From the NCBI GenBank assembly GCA_029269845.2, contig CP149973.1:930001-962000 (forward strand): DNA of 32,000 nucleotides. The letters are read 5' to 3'. Positions 1 through 8,843 of this stretch are shown here, in pieces; position 1 is the stretch's first letter, and each line of letters opens with the position of its first letter. Source of the DNA: Opitutia bacterium KCR 482 (GTDB lineage Bacteria > Verrucomicrobiota > Verrucomicrobiia > Opitutales > Intestinicryptomonadaceae). The notes under the pieces were generated by a model that saw only the letters and a list, made by a program, of their open reading frames with translations, had not been told where the DNA came from and did not search any database. The position numbers and the translations under genes are program-made.

Positions 1-1
1 C

Positions 2-1153
2 ATTCTGCCCCAGACCCCGTTCTATGCGGAAAAGGGCGGACAGGTCGGCGACACGGGCTTCATCGAAATCGACGGCGTGGCGCACGAAGTAATAGACACA
101 AAGGCGGACAAGGCAGACCACATTCTCCACAAAGTCCGCAAGGGCGTGTTCAAAAGCGGAATGGTCGGGCGCGAAGTCGTGGTGTCGGTGGACTGCCTGC
201 GCAGACGCGCAATCCAGCGCCACCACACGGCGACGCACATTCTGCACTGGGCGATGAGGCAGGTTCTGGGAACGCATATCAGACAGGCGGGCTCGTACGT
301 AGACGCCGAACGCCTGCGCTTCGACTTTACCCACTACGAAGCCCCGACGCCCGAACAGCTCGAAGAAATCGAAAGGCTCGCCAACGCGAAAATCCTCATG
401 AACGAGCCGGTCAAGTGGCGCGTGCTGCCCCGCAACGAAGTCCCGCCCGAATGCATGGCGCTCTTCTCGGAAAAATACGGCGCGGTTGTGCGCATGGTGG
501 AAGTGGGCACTTTCAGCAAGGAGCTTTGCGGCGGCACGCACGTTGCGGCTCTCGGCGAAATCGGCTTCATAAAAATCCTCGGCGAGGGCGCGATTTCCGC
601 GGGAACGCGCCGCATAGAGGCGGTTGCGGGCGTGGCGGCGCTGAACCGCGTGGACAAAATGCAGTCGACGCTCGGCGAAGTCTCCCGCGCGCTCTCGTGC
701 AAGCCCGAAGAGGCGTCGGCAAGGCTCAAAAAGCTCGTCGAAGCAAAGAACGAGCTTGAAAGGGAGCTTAAAAATTTCAGAAAGGAAAGCGCGGGCAAGC
801 TCGCAAAGAGCCTCGCAAACGACGCTATCCTCAAAGACGGAAAAACTCCGTTCATGGTGAGAATCGTCGAAGCGGAAAACCCAGCGGAGATGCGCCAGCT
901 TGCGGTTGACGCAATCAGGGAGCGTCCCGACGGCGTGGCGGTGCTGGGGGCGGCTTTCGGCGAAAAGGCGACGGTGCTCGTGCTCTGCTCTCCCGACGCG
1001 GTCGCGGCGGGAATCAAGGCGGGCGACATCGTGCGAGAGCTCGCGGGCAAGCTCGGCGGCAAGGGCGGCGGCAAGCCCGACTTCGCGCAGGGCGGCGGCT
1101 CGGCGAAGGACATCGCAAAAATCTTCGACGAATACAAAGCCGAAATAAAATAA
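2..1153 (+). CDS. alaS: alanine--tRNA ligase, C-terminal part (5' end upstream of window)
   Basis: Frame 2 is open from base 2 (ILPQTPFYAEKGGQVGDTGFIEIDG...), so the GTG listed at 77 is internal. Editing-domain zinc motifs are present (HHTATHILH, ELCGGTHV), as is the C-terminal DHHA1-like GGKGGGKPDFAQGGG. TAA at 1151-1153. Confidence 0.9.
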   Translation: MLPQTPFYAEKGGQVGDTGFIEIDGVAHEVIDTKADKADHILHKVRKGVFKSGMVGREVVVSVDCLRRRAIQRHHTATHILHWAMRQVLGTHIRQAGSYVDAERLRFDFTHYEAPTPEQLEEIERLANAKILMNEPVKWRVLPRNEVPPECMALFSEKYGAVVRMVEVGTFSKELCGGTHVAALGEIGFIKILGEGAISAGTRRIEAVAGVAALNRVDKMQSTLGEVSRALSCKPEEASARLKKLVEAKNELERELKNFRKESAGKLAKSLANDAILKDGKTPFMVRIVEAENPAEMRQLAVDAIRERPDGVAVLGAAFGEKATVLVLCSPDAVAAGIKAGDIVRELAGKLGGKGGGKPDFAQGGGSAKDIAKIFDEYKAEIK

Positions 1154-1157
1154 CGCC

Positions 1158-4100
1158 ATGTATTTAAAGCAGCTGACAATCAACGGGTTCAAGAGCTTCG
1201 CCGACAGGACGGAGCTACCCCTTACCCCCGGCATTACCTGCATTGTCGGCCCCAACGGCTGCGGCAAAAGCAACATTGTAGACTCAATTCGCTGGGTGTT
1301 GGGCGAGCAGAGCGCAAAGGCGCTGCGCGGCGGAAAAATGCAGGACGTCATTTTTCAGGGCACGGAAACGCGCAAGCCGCTGCAATTCTGCGAAGTCAGC
1401 CTGCTTTTTTCGGACTGCGAAGGCCAGCTTGGCACAAACTTCAACGAAGTGGAAATCACGCGGCGCGTCGGGCGCGACGAAGGCAGCGAATACTTCATCA
1501 ACGGCAAGGCGGCGCGCCTTAAAGACATTCAGACGCTGTTTATGGACACGGGCGTCGGGCGGGTGTCGTACTCGTTCATGGTGCAGGGGCAAATCGACCA
1601 GATTCTGTCTTCGAACCCCGGCGAGAGACGCTCGATTTTCGAAGAGGCGGCGGGCATTACAAAATACAAAACGCAACGCCGCGAAGCCCTCAACAAGCTC
1701 GCGCTCGTAGACCAAAACCTCGCGCGGGCGACGGACAGAATCGAGGAAATCGGGCGGCAAATCGGCACGCTGAAACGTCAGGCGTCGAAAGCGCTGCGCT
1801 ACAAGCGGGCGAGTTTCAGGCTGAAGCACCTCGACCTCGCGCTGAACGCAAAAAACTACGCTGACCGCTCCGAGCAGCTCAAAGCCGACGAGGAAACGCT
1901 GAAAAAAATTTCGTCCGACATTTTCGAGCTTGACCGCAAGCTCGCGGCGGCGGAGGAAACCCTCGCCCGCATGCGCGCCGAGCGCGGCGAATGCGCCGCC
2001 CAGCTTGAATACCTGCGCCAAAGCGCGGCGGAAACGCGCTCGCAAAAGGAGCAGGCGGAAAGAAACTGCGAGTTCGCGGCGGTCAGAAAGCGCGACCTCG
2101 CCGAACGCATAGAACAGATTTCGACAGAGCTTGCCTCGCTCAACGAACAGCTCGCGGCTCTCGAAGGCAGGGCAAAAGGCGACGCCGAAGTAAAGCAAAT
2201 GCAGCTGAACTTGGTGTCCGCCGACGACGAAGTTTTCCGCAGGCAGAGCGAGGAACTTGCCGAAACGGAAAGCATGCTCCGCGCCGCGGAGGAGGAACTC
2301 TCGAAGGCAAAGCGCGACGCCCTCATGGGCGAAAGCTCCATTACGCGCCTCAGGGCGAACTGCACGACGCTCGAAGTCGATTTGAAGTCGTACCAAGTGC
2401 GCCACGCGGCGGTGTCGGACTCCGTCTTCCAGCTGAAAGAGGAAAGCGCGGCTCTCGAAAACCGCAAAAACGAGCTTGACGCCGCCCTCGAAAACGCAAA
2501 CGAAAGGCTCGGCAACGCCGAGGCGGACACTACCGACGCCCAAGCCCGTTCGGAGGAACTGCGCGCGCAGTACCGCAACAGACAGGCGGAAATCCAGCAG
2601 CTCGACAGACAGCTTGCGAGCAAAAGCGCAAGGCTCGGGCTTCTCAACGATTTCCGGTCGCGCATGGAGGGCTTCTCGGAGGGCGTCAAGGCGATTGTAA
2701 AGGGGCGTCTTTCGGAGTGCATAGACCCGTCGAACGTGAAAATCGTAAGCCAAAACGTGGAGGTCGCCGACGGCTGGACTTCCGCGTTCGAAACGCTCCT
2801 CGGAAGCGCGCTCGACGCCGTCGTTTTGGAGGACTCCTCCAAGCTCGCCCAGACGCTCTCGCTTCTGCGCGAAAGAAACCTCGGCAACGCCTGCATTCAG
2901 ATTCCGCAGTCGAACTTCGGGGAGTCGCAGACGCCGCTGCCCGACGGAATCCGCAGGGGCGCGGACGTCGTCAAAACAGACAGGGAAGACCTTAAACGCT
3001 TTGCGGCAAACCTCGTTGCGGGCTGCTATTTCTGCGAAAACATTGCCGACTTTGCGGCGTTTGCGGCGGCGGCGCCCGACTTCAAATTCGTGGCCGCCGT
3101 CGCCCGCGACGGCAGCATGCTCGACGCCCGCGGAATCGTCTACGCCGCCAGCGGCGAAAAGCGCGACACCGAAAGCAGCTTCATTTTGAGGAATCAGGAA
3201 ATCAAACGCCTGAAAGCCGAAATAGAATCCGAAAACGCCGCCCTCACCTCGCTCACCGAGGGCGCAATGGAAATCAACGCGCAGCTCGACGCCGCCGAGC
3301 GCGAGATTGAAAACCGCAAAAACGCAGCCGCCGAAATCAAGCGCGAAATCGCGTCGATAAACGGACAGACGGCGGGGGTTGCGGCGTCGCTGGCGGAGAA
3401 AAAGGCGGAGATTGAGAAAAAGTCGGCGTCGCTGGCGGAGATGGAAAACTCGCGCTTCGAGGCGCAGGACAAGCTCGACTCCGCGACAAAGGCTCTCGCG
3501 GAGGCGGAGCAGACAATAGAAAACGCCCGCAACCTCACAGAGCAAAAGGAGCGCGAAATCGCCGAACTGCGCGAAAGCAAAGACCAAAAATACGCGGTCG
3601 TTTCCGAAACGCGCCTCGAGCTGGCGCAGAAACGCTCGCGCCTCGAAAGCCTCGAACGCGGGCTGGCGGCGACCGCCGAACAGCAGAACGAGACAAGGAT
3701 TTTGATAGAAAAACGCTCGGCGGAGTCGCGCTCGCTTTCCGAGCAAATCGCGAAGTTCGACGACGAAACAGCCTCCGAAAAACGCCGAGCCGAAACCCTC
3801 GCCGAAACCCTCCGCGAGCAGCTCGAAACGATAGAGGCAGGGCGCGTGAAATTTTCCGAATGCGAAAACAAAATCGCCGCGTTCGAGGCGTCGCTCACGG
3901 GCGACCGCGAAGCGCAAATGCGCAACAACGCCGCGAAAAACGAATGCGACGTCCGCGTGGCAAAGCTTCGCGCAAAGCTCGACTATGTGGCGGAGCGCGT
4001 GCTCAACGAGTACGAGACGGAAATAGCGTCGGTAGACTGGAAGTCGGAGCTTTGGAAGTCGGACGAAGAATTCGAGTCTAAAATAAAGCTCGAAGAATTG

Positions 4101-4859
4101 GAGGAAGGCGAAGTCGCCCCCAAGCCCAAGCGCGAGCGCGGCGAACCCACCGAAGCCGACCTCGCCGAAATGGACAACACCGACTTCTCCAAAATTGACG
4201 ACGAAGTGCGCGAGCTGCGCGAGCGCATAAACGCCATGGGCGCGGTAAACCTCGTGGCAATCGAGGAATACGCCGAGCTGAAAGAACGCTACGACTTCCT
4301 CAAAAAGCAAACCGACGACCTCTGGACGTCGAAAAACGCGCTCGTCGCCGACATCGACGAAATCAACGCCACAAGCCAAAAGCTTTTTGCCGACACTTTC
4401 GAGCAAATCAAAAAGAATTTCCAGTTCACTTTCCAGAAAATCTTCGGCGGCGGCACTGCCGACCTCAAACTGGTCGAGACCGAAGACGTGCTCGACAGCG
4501 GCATCGAAATCGTCGCGCGTCCCCCAGGAACGGTTCTCAAAAGCCTGTCGCTGCTTTCGGGCGGGCAGAGGACGATGACTGCGGTCTCCCTCCTCTTTGC
4601 AATCTACATGGTAAAGCCAAGCCCGTTCTGCGTGCTCGACGAGCTTGATGCCCCCCTCGACGACGCCAACATCGGGCGCTACACCGACCTGCTCAAAGAG
4701 TTTACCCACTACTCGCAGTTCCTTGTAATCTCGCACAACAAAAGGACGATGTCGGCGGCGCAGACAATCTTCGGCGTCACCATGCAGGAGCGCGGCGTCA
4801 CCCGCCTAATCTCCATGAAACTAAGGGAAGCCGAAACTTCCGCCGAAATCGCCCGATAG
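1158..4859 (+). CDS. smc: chromosome segregation protein SMC
   Basis: ATG at 1158, 4 nt after the alaS stop. 1233 aa. N-terminal Walker A GPNGCGKSN, very long Glu/Lys/Ala/Leu-rich coiled-coil arms, a central hinge-like segment, C-terminal signature LSGGQ and Walker B FCVLDELDAPLD. TAG at 4857-4859. Confidence 0.95.
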   Translation: MYLKQLTINGFKSFADRTELPLTPGITCIVGPNGCGKSNIVDSIRWVLGEQSAKALRGGKMQDVIFQGTETRKPLQFCEVSLLFSDCEGQLGTNFNEVEITRRVGRDEGSEYFINGKAARLKDIQTLFMDTGVGRVSYSFMVQGQIDQILSSNPGERRSIFEEAAGITKYKTQRREALNKLALVDQNLARATDRIEEIGRQIGTLKRQASKALRYKRASFRLKHLDLALNAKNYADRSEQLKADEETLKKISSDIFELDRKLAAAEETLARMRAERGECAAQLEYLRQSAAETRSQKEQAERNCEFAAVRKRDLAERIEQISTELASLNEQLAALEGRAKGDAEVKQMQLNLVSADDEVFRRQSEELAETESMLRAAEEELSKAKRDALMGESSITRLRANCTTLEVDLKSYQVRHAAVSDSVFQLKEESAALENRKNELDAALENANERLGNAEADTTDAQARSEELRAQYRNRQAEIQQLDRQLASKSARLGLLNDFRSRMEGFSEGVKAIVKGRLSECIDPSNVKIVSQNVEVADGWTSAFETLLGSALDAVVLEDSSKLAQTLSLLRERNLGNACIQIPQSNFGESQTPLPDGIRRGADVVKTDREDLKRFAANLVAGCYFCENIADFAAFAAAAPDFKFVAAVARDGSMLDARGIVYAASGEKRDTESSFILRNQEIKRLKAEIESENAALTSLTEGAMEINAQLDAAEREIENRKNAAAEIKREIASINGQTAGVAASLAEKKAEIEKKSASLAEMENSRFEAQDKLDSATKALAEAEQTIENARNLTEQKEREIAELRESKDQKYAVVSETRLELAQKRSRLESLERGLAATAEQQNETRILIEKRSAESRSLSEQIAKFDDETASEKRRAETLAETLREQLETIEAGRVKFSECENKIAAFEASLTGDREAQMRNNAAKNECDVRVAKLRAKLDYVAERVLNEYETEIASVDWKSELWKSDEEFESKIKLEELEEGEVAPKPKRERGEPTEADLAEMDNTDFSKIDDEVRELRERINAMGAVNLVAIEEYAELKERYDFLKKQTDDLWTSKNALVADIDEINATSQKLFADTFEQIKKNFQFTFQKIFGGGTADLKLVETEDVLDSGIEIVARPPGTVLKSLSLLSGGQRTMTAVSLLFAIYMVKPSPFCVLDELDAPLDDANIGRYTDLLKEFTHYSQFLVISHNKRTMSAAQTIFGVTMQERGVTRLISMKLREAETSAEIAR

Positions 4860-4868
4860 CAGACTATG

Positions 4869-5042
4869 TGCGAATCGCAAGGCTAAGCCTTGACGCCAAC
4901 AGAGGGGGCTACCGCCCCCAAAAGGCGGGCGCGAGCCGCGGGCGCAAGGTGCGCCTCCCTACGGAGCTTCGCTCCTTACGGTGGTTATGCGGCGCGGGTA
5001 TACCCGCGCCTTTCCCCGATAAGTTCGCATTGCTTCGCAATG
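4869..5042. repeat. cluster of GC-rich inverted repeats/hairpins in the smc-rpmF intergenic region
   Basis: Read directly from the sequence: TGCGA-A-TCGCA 4869-4879; AAGGCT-A-AGCCTT 4879-4891; GGGGGC-TACC-GCCCCC 4904-4919; direct repeat GCGGGCGC at 4925-4932 and 4938-4945; GGCGC-AAGGT-GCGCC 4941-4955; GGAGC-TTC-GCTCC 4963-4975; perfect 20-nt palindrome GGCGCGGGTATACCCGCGCC 4991-5010; CATTGC-TTC-GCAATG 5028-5042. None is followed by a T-run. ORFs across the region look like noise. Confidence 0.6.
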
Positions 5043-5164
5043 GCTTTGTGTTGGGATAAACCGCAAAGAAAGAAAAGTAAATTGCCTGCGGCAAAAAACG
5101 GAATCGGCAAAACACGGCAAGGGCGCAAAAATTCGGAAAGAAAAAAATAGGAAAAAAAAGCTTC

Positions 5165-5192
5165 TTGACAAAAGCGCGGCAAAGCGTAGTGT
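5165..5192 (+). promoter_or_regulatory. candidate sigma70-type promoter for rpmF with an A-tract UP-like element upstream
   Basis: Perfect -35 TTGACA at 5165-5170, a 16-nt spacer, then a weak -10 TAGTGT at 5187-5192. A7 (5141-5147) and A8 (5152-5159) tracts lie immediately upstream of the -35. An AGAGG SD-like element at 5214-5218 precedes the ATG at 5229. The weak -10 limits confidence. Confidence 0.35.
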
Positions 5193-5228
5193 TCATATTT
5201 TTAATAAATTTCAAAGAGGTAATCTACC

Positions 5229-5408
5229 ATGGGACAACCAAAACGCAAACAATCTAAACAGCGCACGCGTATCCGCCGCGCCGCAAACCATTACGAACTT
5301 CCCCAGTTCGCAAAAGACCCGACGGACGGCTCCATCTGCATGTCGCACAGGGTTAACCCCTCCAACGGTATGTACCGCGGCAAGCAGGTAATCAGCGTTA
5401 AAGTTTAG
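5229..5408 (+). CDS. rpmF: 50S ribosomal protein L32
   Basis: 59-codon ORF absent from the supplied track (below its length cutoff): MGQPKRKQSKQRTRIRRAANHYELPQFAKDPTDGSICMSHRVNPSNGMYRGKQVISVKV. The N-terminal PKRKxSKxR...RRA pattern is typical of L32. It sits in the classic position just upstream of plsX-fabH. ATG 5229, TAG 5406-5408. Confidence 0.85.
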   Translation: MGQPKRKQSKQRTRIRRAANHYELPQFAKDPTDGSICMSHRVNPSNGMYRGKQVISVKV

Positions 5409-5441
5409 TTCTTAAAGTCGATAGGCTTTTTTCATCGTAAT

Positions 5442-5480
5442 GCGGGATTTATTTTAATTAATAACTCCCGCGTTTTCTTT
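5442..5480 (+). terminator. stem-loop plus T-rich tail downstream of rpmF (possible terminator/attenuator)
   Basis: GCGGGA-T-TTATT (5442-5453), loop TTAATT, then AATAA-C-TCCCGC (5460-5471). That gives 11 bp with one T/C mismatch, followed by GTTTTCTTT (5472-5480). Confidence 0.45.
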
Positions 5481-5629
5481 AATCGGGGGTCGTGTTTTCG
5501 AGCTTCGTTTTGCAAAACTCTTTCCTCTTTTTGGGGAAAAGCGCGGTCGGCTTTTGGGGTTGACTATTCGGCGTTTTTAACCGAAACTTCCAGCCGATTT
5601 TTTCTCAGAAAATCAACACGTCATTTTCG

Positions 5630-6727
5630 ATGAGCAACTCAATCCCAACAATAGCCGTAGACGTCATGGGCTCCGACCTCGGGCCAGAAGAATTGATTAT
5701 CGGCGTCCGGCAGACACTTTCCTCCGACAAAAGCGACTTCCGCATTATCGTTGTCGGAGATGACAAGGTTATTTCGCCGTTGCTCGTCCGCCACGACGTT
5801 CTCAAAGACAACCGCGTGCAGGTCTACAACGCCTCGGAAGTCATCGAAATGGACGAAAAGCCCATTCAGGCCATGAAAACCAAGCGCGACTCCTCCATGA
5901 TGCGCGCGATAGACCTCGTGAAAATCGGCACTGCCGACGCCGTTCTCAGCTGCGGAAACACCGGCGCTCTCATGGCGGGCGGCACTATCAGACTCCGCAC
6001 AATGGACGGCATTGAACGCCCCGCACTCGGCACGGTTATCCCCGGAAAGTTCAAAAATTTCATAATGATTGACGTCGGCGCGGCTCCCGACCCGAAACCC
6101 GAAAGCCTTGTAGACAACGCCATTTTGGGCGCAAACTACGCGCACGTGGCTCTCGGAATAAAAAATCCGCGCGTGGGGCTGCTTAGCAACGGCACGGAAG
6201 ACTGCAAGGGCAACAGCCTTGTCCAGACCGCGCACAGGCTTTTCAAGGCGCAGGAGGGCGTTATAAACTACGGCGGGCTTATCGAAGGCTTCGGGCTTTT
6301 CGACGGCGAGTTCGACGTTGTCGTATGCGACGGTTTTACGGGAAACGTCGTGCTGAAATCGCTCGAAAGCTCGGTCAGAATGTTCAAGGACATTCTCAAA
6401 GAGGAAATCATGCGCTCGTGGGTCTACAAGCTCGGCATTCTGATTGCCCGCGGGGCTTTCAAAAACCTGAAAAAACGCCTGCCCATCGACAAATTTTCGG
6501 GCGCGCCCCTGCTCGGTCTGAACGGGCTTGTGGTCAAGGCGCACGGGTCGAGCAACCGCAAGCAGATTGCGGGGGCGATAGAAATCACTCTGCGCTGCCT
6601 GCGCAAACAAATGCAGTCGCGCATTAAGGAGGACGTTTCGCGCCTCAAAGAAATCGTCGAAAAGAACAAGGAAACCGCCCGCGAGCGCGAGCGCAAGTCG
6701 GCGGAAGAGCACAACACGACGGGCTGA
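5630..6727 (+). CDS. plsX: phosphate acyltransferase PlsX
   Basis: 365 aa. The N-terminus IAVDVMGSDLGPEE is typical of PlsX, with GNTGALMA and GFTGNVVLK motifs. Positioned between rpmF and fabH. Confidence 0.9.
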   Translation: MSNSIPTIAVDVMGSDLGPEELIIGVRQTLSSDKSDFRIIVVGDDKVISPLLVRHDVLKDNRVQVYNASEVIEMDEKPIQAMKTKRDSSMMRAIDLVKIGTADAVLSCGNTGALMAGGTIRLRTMDGIERPALGTVIPGKFKNFIMIDVGAAPDPKPESLVDNAILGANYAHVALGIKNPRVGLLSNGTEDCKGNSLVQTAHRLFKAQEGVINYGGLIEGFGLFDGEFDVVVCDGFTGNVVLKSLESSVRMFKDILKEEIMRSWVYKLGILIARGAFKNLKKRLPIDKFSGAPLLGLNGLVVKAHGSSNRKQIAGAIEITLRCLRKQMQSRIKEDVSRLKEIVEKNKETARERERKSAEEHNTTG

Positions 6728-6737
6728 AAAAATCATC

Positions 6738-6769
6738 GGGGAAGGCTACAAATGTTTTAAGCTTTCCCC
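6738..6769 (+). other. stem-loop after plsX (possible weak terminator or processing site)
   Basis: GGGGAAGGC (6738-6746) pairs with GCTTTCCCC (6761-6769): 9 bp including one G-U, with a 14-nt loop. It is followed by TTATAAAA rather than a clean T-run. Confidence 0.3.
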
Positions 6770-6828
6770 TTATAAAACGCGGCACTGCCGCAAAAAAAAC
6801 ATCGGACCAAATTTTATCTGAAAGCGAC

Positions 6829-7830
6829 ATGAATTTCAAAAAGCCAAACTCCATCGTAATCGCGGGCACGGGAAGCTACGTCCCCGAAAAGACCGTCTCG
6901 AACGACGACCTCGCAAAATTTCTCGACACTTCCGACGAATGGATTTTCGAGCGTTCGGGAATACGCCGCAGGCACATCGCAGCCGACGGCGAAGCCGCCT
7001 CGGACATGGCTCTCGTGGCGGCGAAGAACGCCCTCGAAAACGCGGGAATCGCCGCCGCCGACATAGACTTGGTCATCGTCACGACCGTCAACCCCGACAT
7101 GATGTTCCCCTCCACAGCCTGCCTTTTGCAGGCAAAGCTCGGAATCCGCAACAACATTCCGTGCTTCGACCTAAGTGCGGCGTGCTCGGGCTTCGTCTAC
7201 GGCACGGAGGTCGCGACCCGCATGATGCAAAGCGGGCTTTACAAAAACGCGCTCGTGGTAAGCTCGGAAAAGATGAGCAGCATTGTCGACTGGACGGACA
7301 GGTCAACCTGCGTGCTCTTCGGCGACGGCGCGGGCGCGGTCGTTCTAAGCGCGTCTGACGCGGAAAACACGGGGATTCTCGGAACGGTTCTGGGCGCGGA
7401 CGGCTCCGACACCGCCATGCTGCGCATGCCCGCGGGAGGCTCGCTCATTCCGACCTCGGCGGAAACCGTCGAAAAACGCCTGCACTTTGTGCAAATGGAC
7501 GGGCGCGAGGTCTTTAAACACGCGGTGAAAATCATGCAGGAAAAGGCGCTCGAAGTGCTCGACCTCTGCAAAGTGCCGCCCGAAAAAGTTTCGCTTCTGA
7601 TTCCGCATCAGGCGAACACGCGCATTATAGAAAGCGTGGCGAAACGCCTGAAAATTCCCTCGGAAAAAGTATACGTCAACATAGAAAACTACGCAAACAC
7701 GTCGTCGGCGTCGATTCCGATTGCGCTCGACGAAGCCGCCCGCAACGGCAGAATCAAAAAGGGAGACTACGTTCTGTTCGTGGCGTTCGGCGCGGGTCTG
7801 ACGTGGGGCGCAACGCTCGTGCTCTTCTAA
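6829..7830 (+). CDS. fabH: 3-oxoacyl-ACP synthase III (KAS III)
   Basis: 333 aa. Active-site Cys context DLSAACSGFVYG, His in LIPHQAN, Asn in NYANTSSASIP, and C-terminal FGAGLTWGA. Confidence 0.92.
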   Translation: MNFKKPNSIVIAGTGSYVPEKTVSNDDLAKFLDTSDEWIFERSGIRRRHIAADGEAASDMALVAAKNALENAGIAAADIDLVIVTTVNPDMMFPSTACLLQAKLGIRNNIPCFDLSAACSGFVYGTEVATRMMQSGLYKNALVVSSEKMSSIVDWTDRSTCVLFGDGAGAVVLSASDAENTGILGTVLGADGSDTAMLRMPAGGSLIPTSAETVEKRLHFVQMDGREVFKHAVKIMQEKALEVLDLCKVPPEKVSLLIPHQANTRIIESVAKRLKIPSEKVYVNIENYANTSSASIPIALDEAARNGRIKKGDYVLFVAFGAGLTWGATLVLF

Positions 7831-7852
7831 GGGGCTGGCGGAATTTCGGCGG

Positions 7853-7895
7853 CGGAATTTTTCGTTTTTTTCGCAGGGAAAAATCCGTGTTTCTT
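7853..7895 (+). terminator. candidate terminator hairpin after fabH
   Basis: CGGA(A)TTTTTC at 7853-7863 pairs with GAAAAATCCG at 7878-7887 (10 bp with one bulged A, 14-nt loop), followed by TGTTTCTT. It is preceded by the direct repeat GGCGGAATTT at 7837-7846 and 7851-7860. Confidence 0.3.
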
Positions 7896-7931
7896 CGGCG
7901 GGATTTCCGCTACTTGCGCAGAGCGTAAAAT

Positions 7932-8834
7932 TCAGCCGCGAAAATCGGGCTTAGGCGTTTTTCCGCAGTCCGAAAACGCAAGAATCACTACGGCGGAGAC
8001 TATCAGCACTATACCCGCAACGAGGTTTGCCGTGCACGATTCCCCCAAAAACACTACGCTTAGCGAAACCGCGGTAAGCGGCTCGAACGCGCCCAAAACC
8101 GCCGCGACGGTCGGCCCAGCGTATTTGACGGAATAGGCTATCGCCGTTATCGAAACCGCAGTCGGGATAAGCGCAAGCCCGCATGAATCGAGAATTTCGG
8201 AAGCAGTCTGCGGCGCGGCAACGCCGCCCGCAACCGCGCACTTTGCGAACGTAAAAACCGACGCGAGCCCCAAAACCCAAAGCGTAAGTTTAAGCCCGCC
8301 GATACCCGCAAGCAGCGACGCCTTTTTAATTATCACCATGTAGAACGCGTAGGAAAGCGCGGAGAGAACCACGAACACCGAGCCTAAGAAATCTACCGAA
8401 AGCTCCGCGCCGTCGAGCGCGATTGCCGCAACCCCCGCGACGGACAGGAATATCGACGAAAACACCGCAAGCCCGAATTTTTCGCCGAAAAACAGCGACA
8501 TTATCAGAGCCGTGAAAATCGGATAGGAAAACAGAAGCGTGGAAGCCACCCCCGCCGACATTTTCGTAAACGACCAAAACAACGCCTCCGCCGAAAACGC
8601 GAAAAGCGCGCCAAGAAGCGCAAGCCAGCCGACCGCGCGAAGCGGAACGCGCAATCCGCCGCGCTCGGAAAACAGCGCGACGGGCGCAAGCAAAACCGCC
8701 GCGCCGAAGAAACGCCAGAACATCATCGAGTCTACGGGAAAGCCCGCGCGGATAAGCCGCACCCCGAAAAGCGGGTTCGTGCCGTACGCCACCGCCGAGA
8801 GCATTCCGAAAAATATTCCCAAGAATTTGGACAT
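7932..8834 (-). CDS. EamA/DMT-family (drug/metabolite transporter) permease
   Basis: 300 aa. About 10 hydrophobic segments organised as two similar halves, Gly/Ala-rich helices typical of the EamA duplication (AYGTNPLF..., SALSYAFYMV...). ATG at 8834 lies 9 nt after the upstream stop. Confidence 0.7.
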   Translation of the reverse strand: MSKFLGIFFGMLSAVAYGTNPLFGVRLIRAGFPVDSMMFWRFFGAAVLLAPVALFSERGGLRVPLRAVGWLALLGALFAFSAEALFWSFTKMSAGVASTLLFSYPIFTALIMSLFFGEKFGLAVFSSIFLSVAGVAAIALDGAELSVDFLGSVFVVLSALSYAFYMVIIKKASLLAGIGGLKLTLWVLGLASVFTFAKCAVAGGVAAPQTASEILDSCGLALIPTAVSITAIAYSVKYAGPTVAAVLGAFEPLTAVSLSVVFLGESCTANLVAGIVLIVSAVVILAFSDCGKTPKPDFRG

Positions 8835-8843
8835 TGCCGCCCC

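Noticed and set aside
1284-4736. 1150-aa ORF antisense to smc, plus similar giants at 5639-6736 (opposite plsX), 17311-19083 (opposite mutB), 15855-16970, 12520-13431, 26774-27796 and 30618-31646.
   Set aside because: Where I checked the frame (1284-4736, 5639-6736, 17311-19083, 12520-13431), the ORF is codon-aligned with the sense gene (for example 4734-1158 is a multiple of 3). Such ORFs stay open only because sense codons TTA/CTA/TCA are almost unused. The smc shadow ends exactly at the sense TCA at 1284-1286. The products are Arg/Ala/Phe/Val-rich with no motifs, while the sense genes carry unmistakable family motifs. These are shadow ORFs caused by codon bias.
4868-5214. Several 60-100-aa ORFs on both strands in the smc-rpmF spacer.
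   Set aside because: They overlap one another and have no SD or plausible start context. Their sequences are dictated by the palindromes and A-tracts, so the region is better explained as non-coding structured or promoter DNA.
1-5228. parS (TGTTTCACGTGAAACA-like) or dif-like site near smc.
   Set aside because: Scanning by eye for CGTGAAA/TTTCACG cores found only unrelated matches inside coding sequence (for example 2741 and 3846). None sits in a palindromic parS context.
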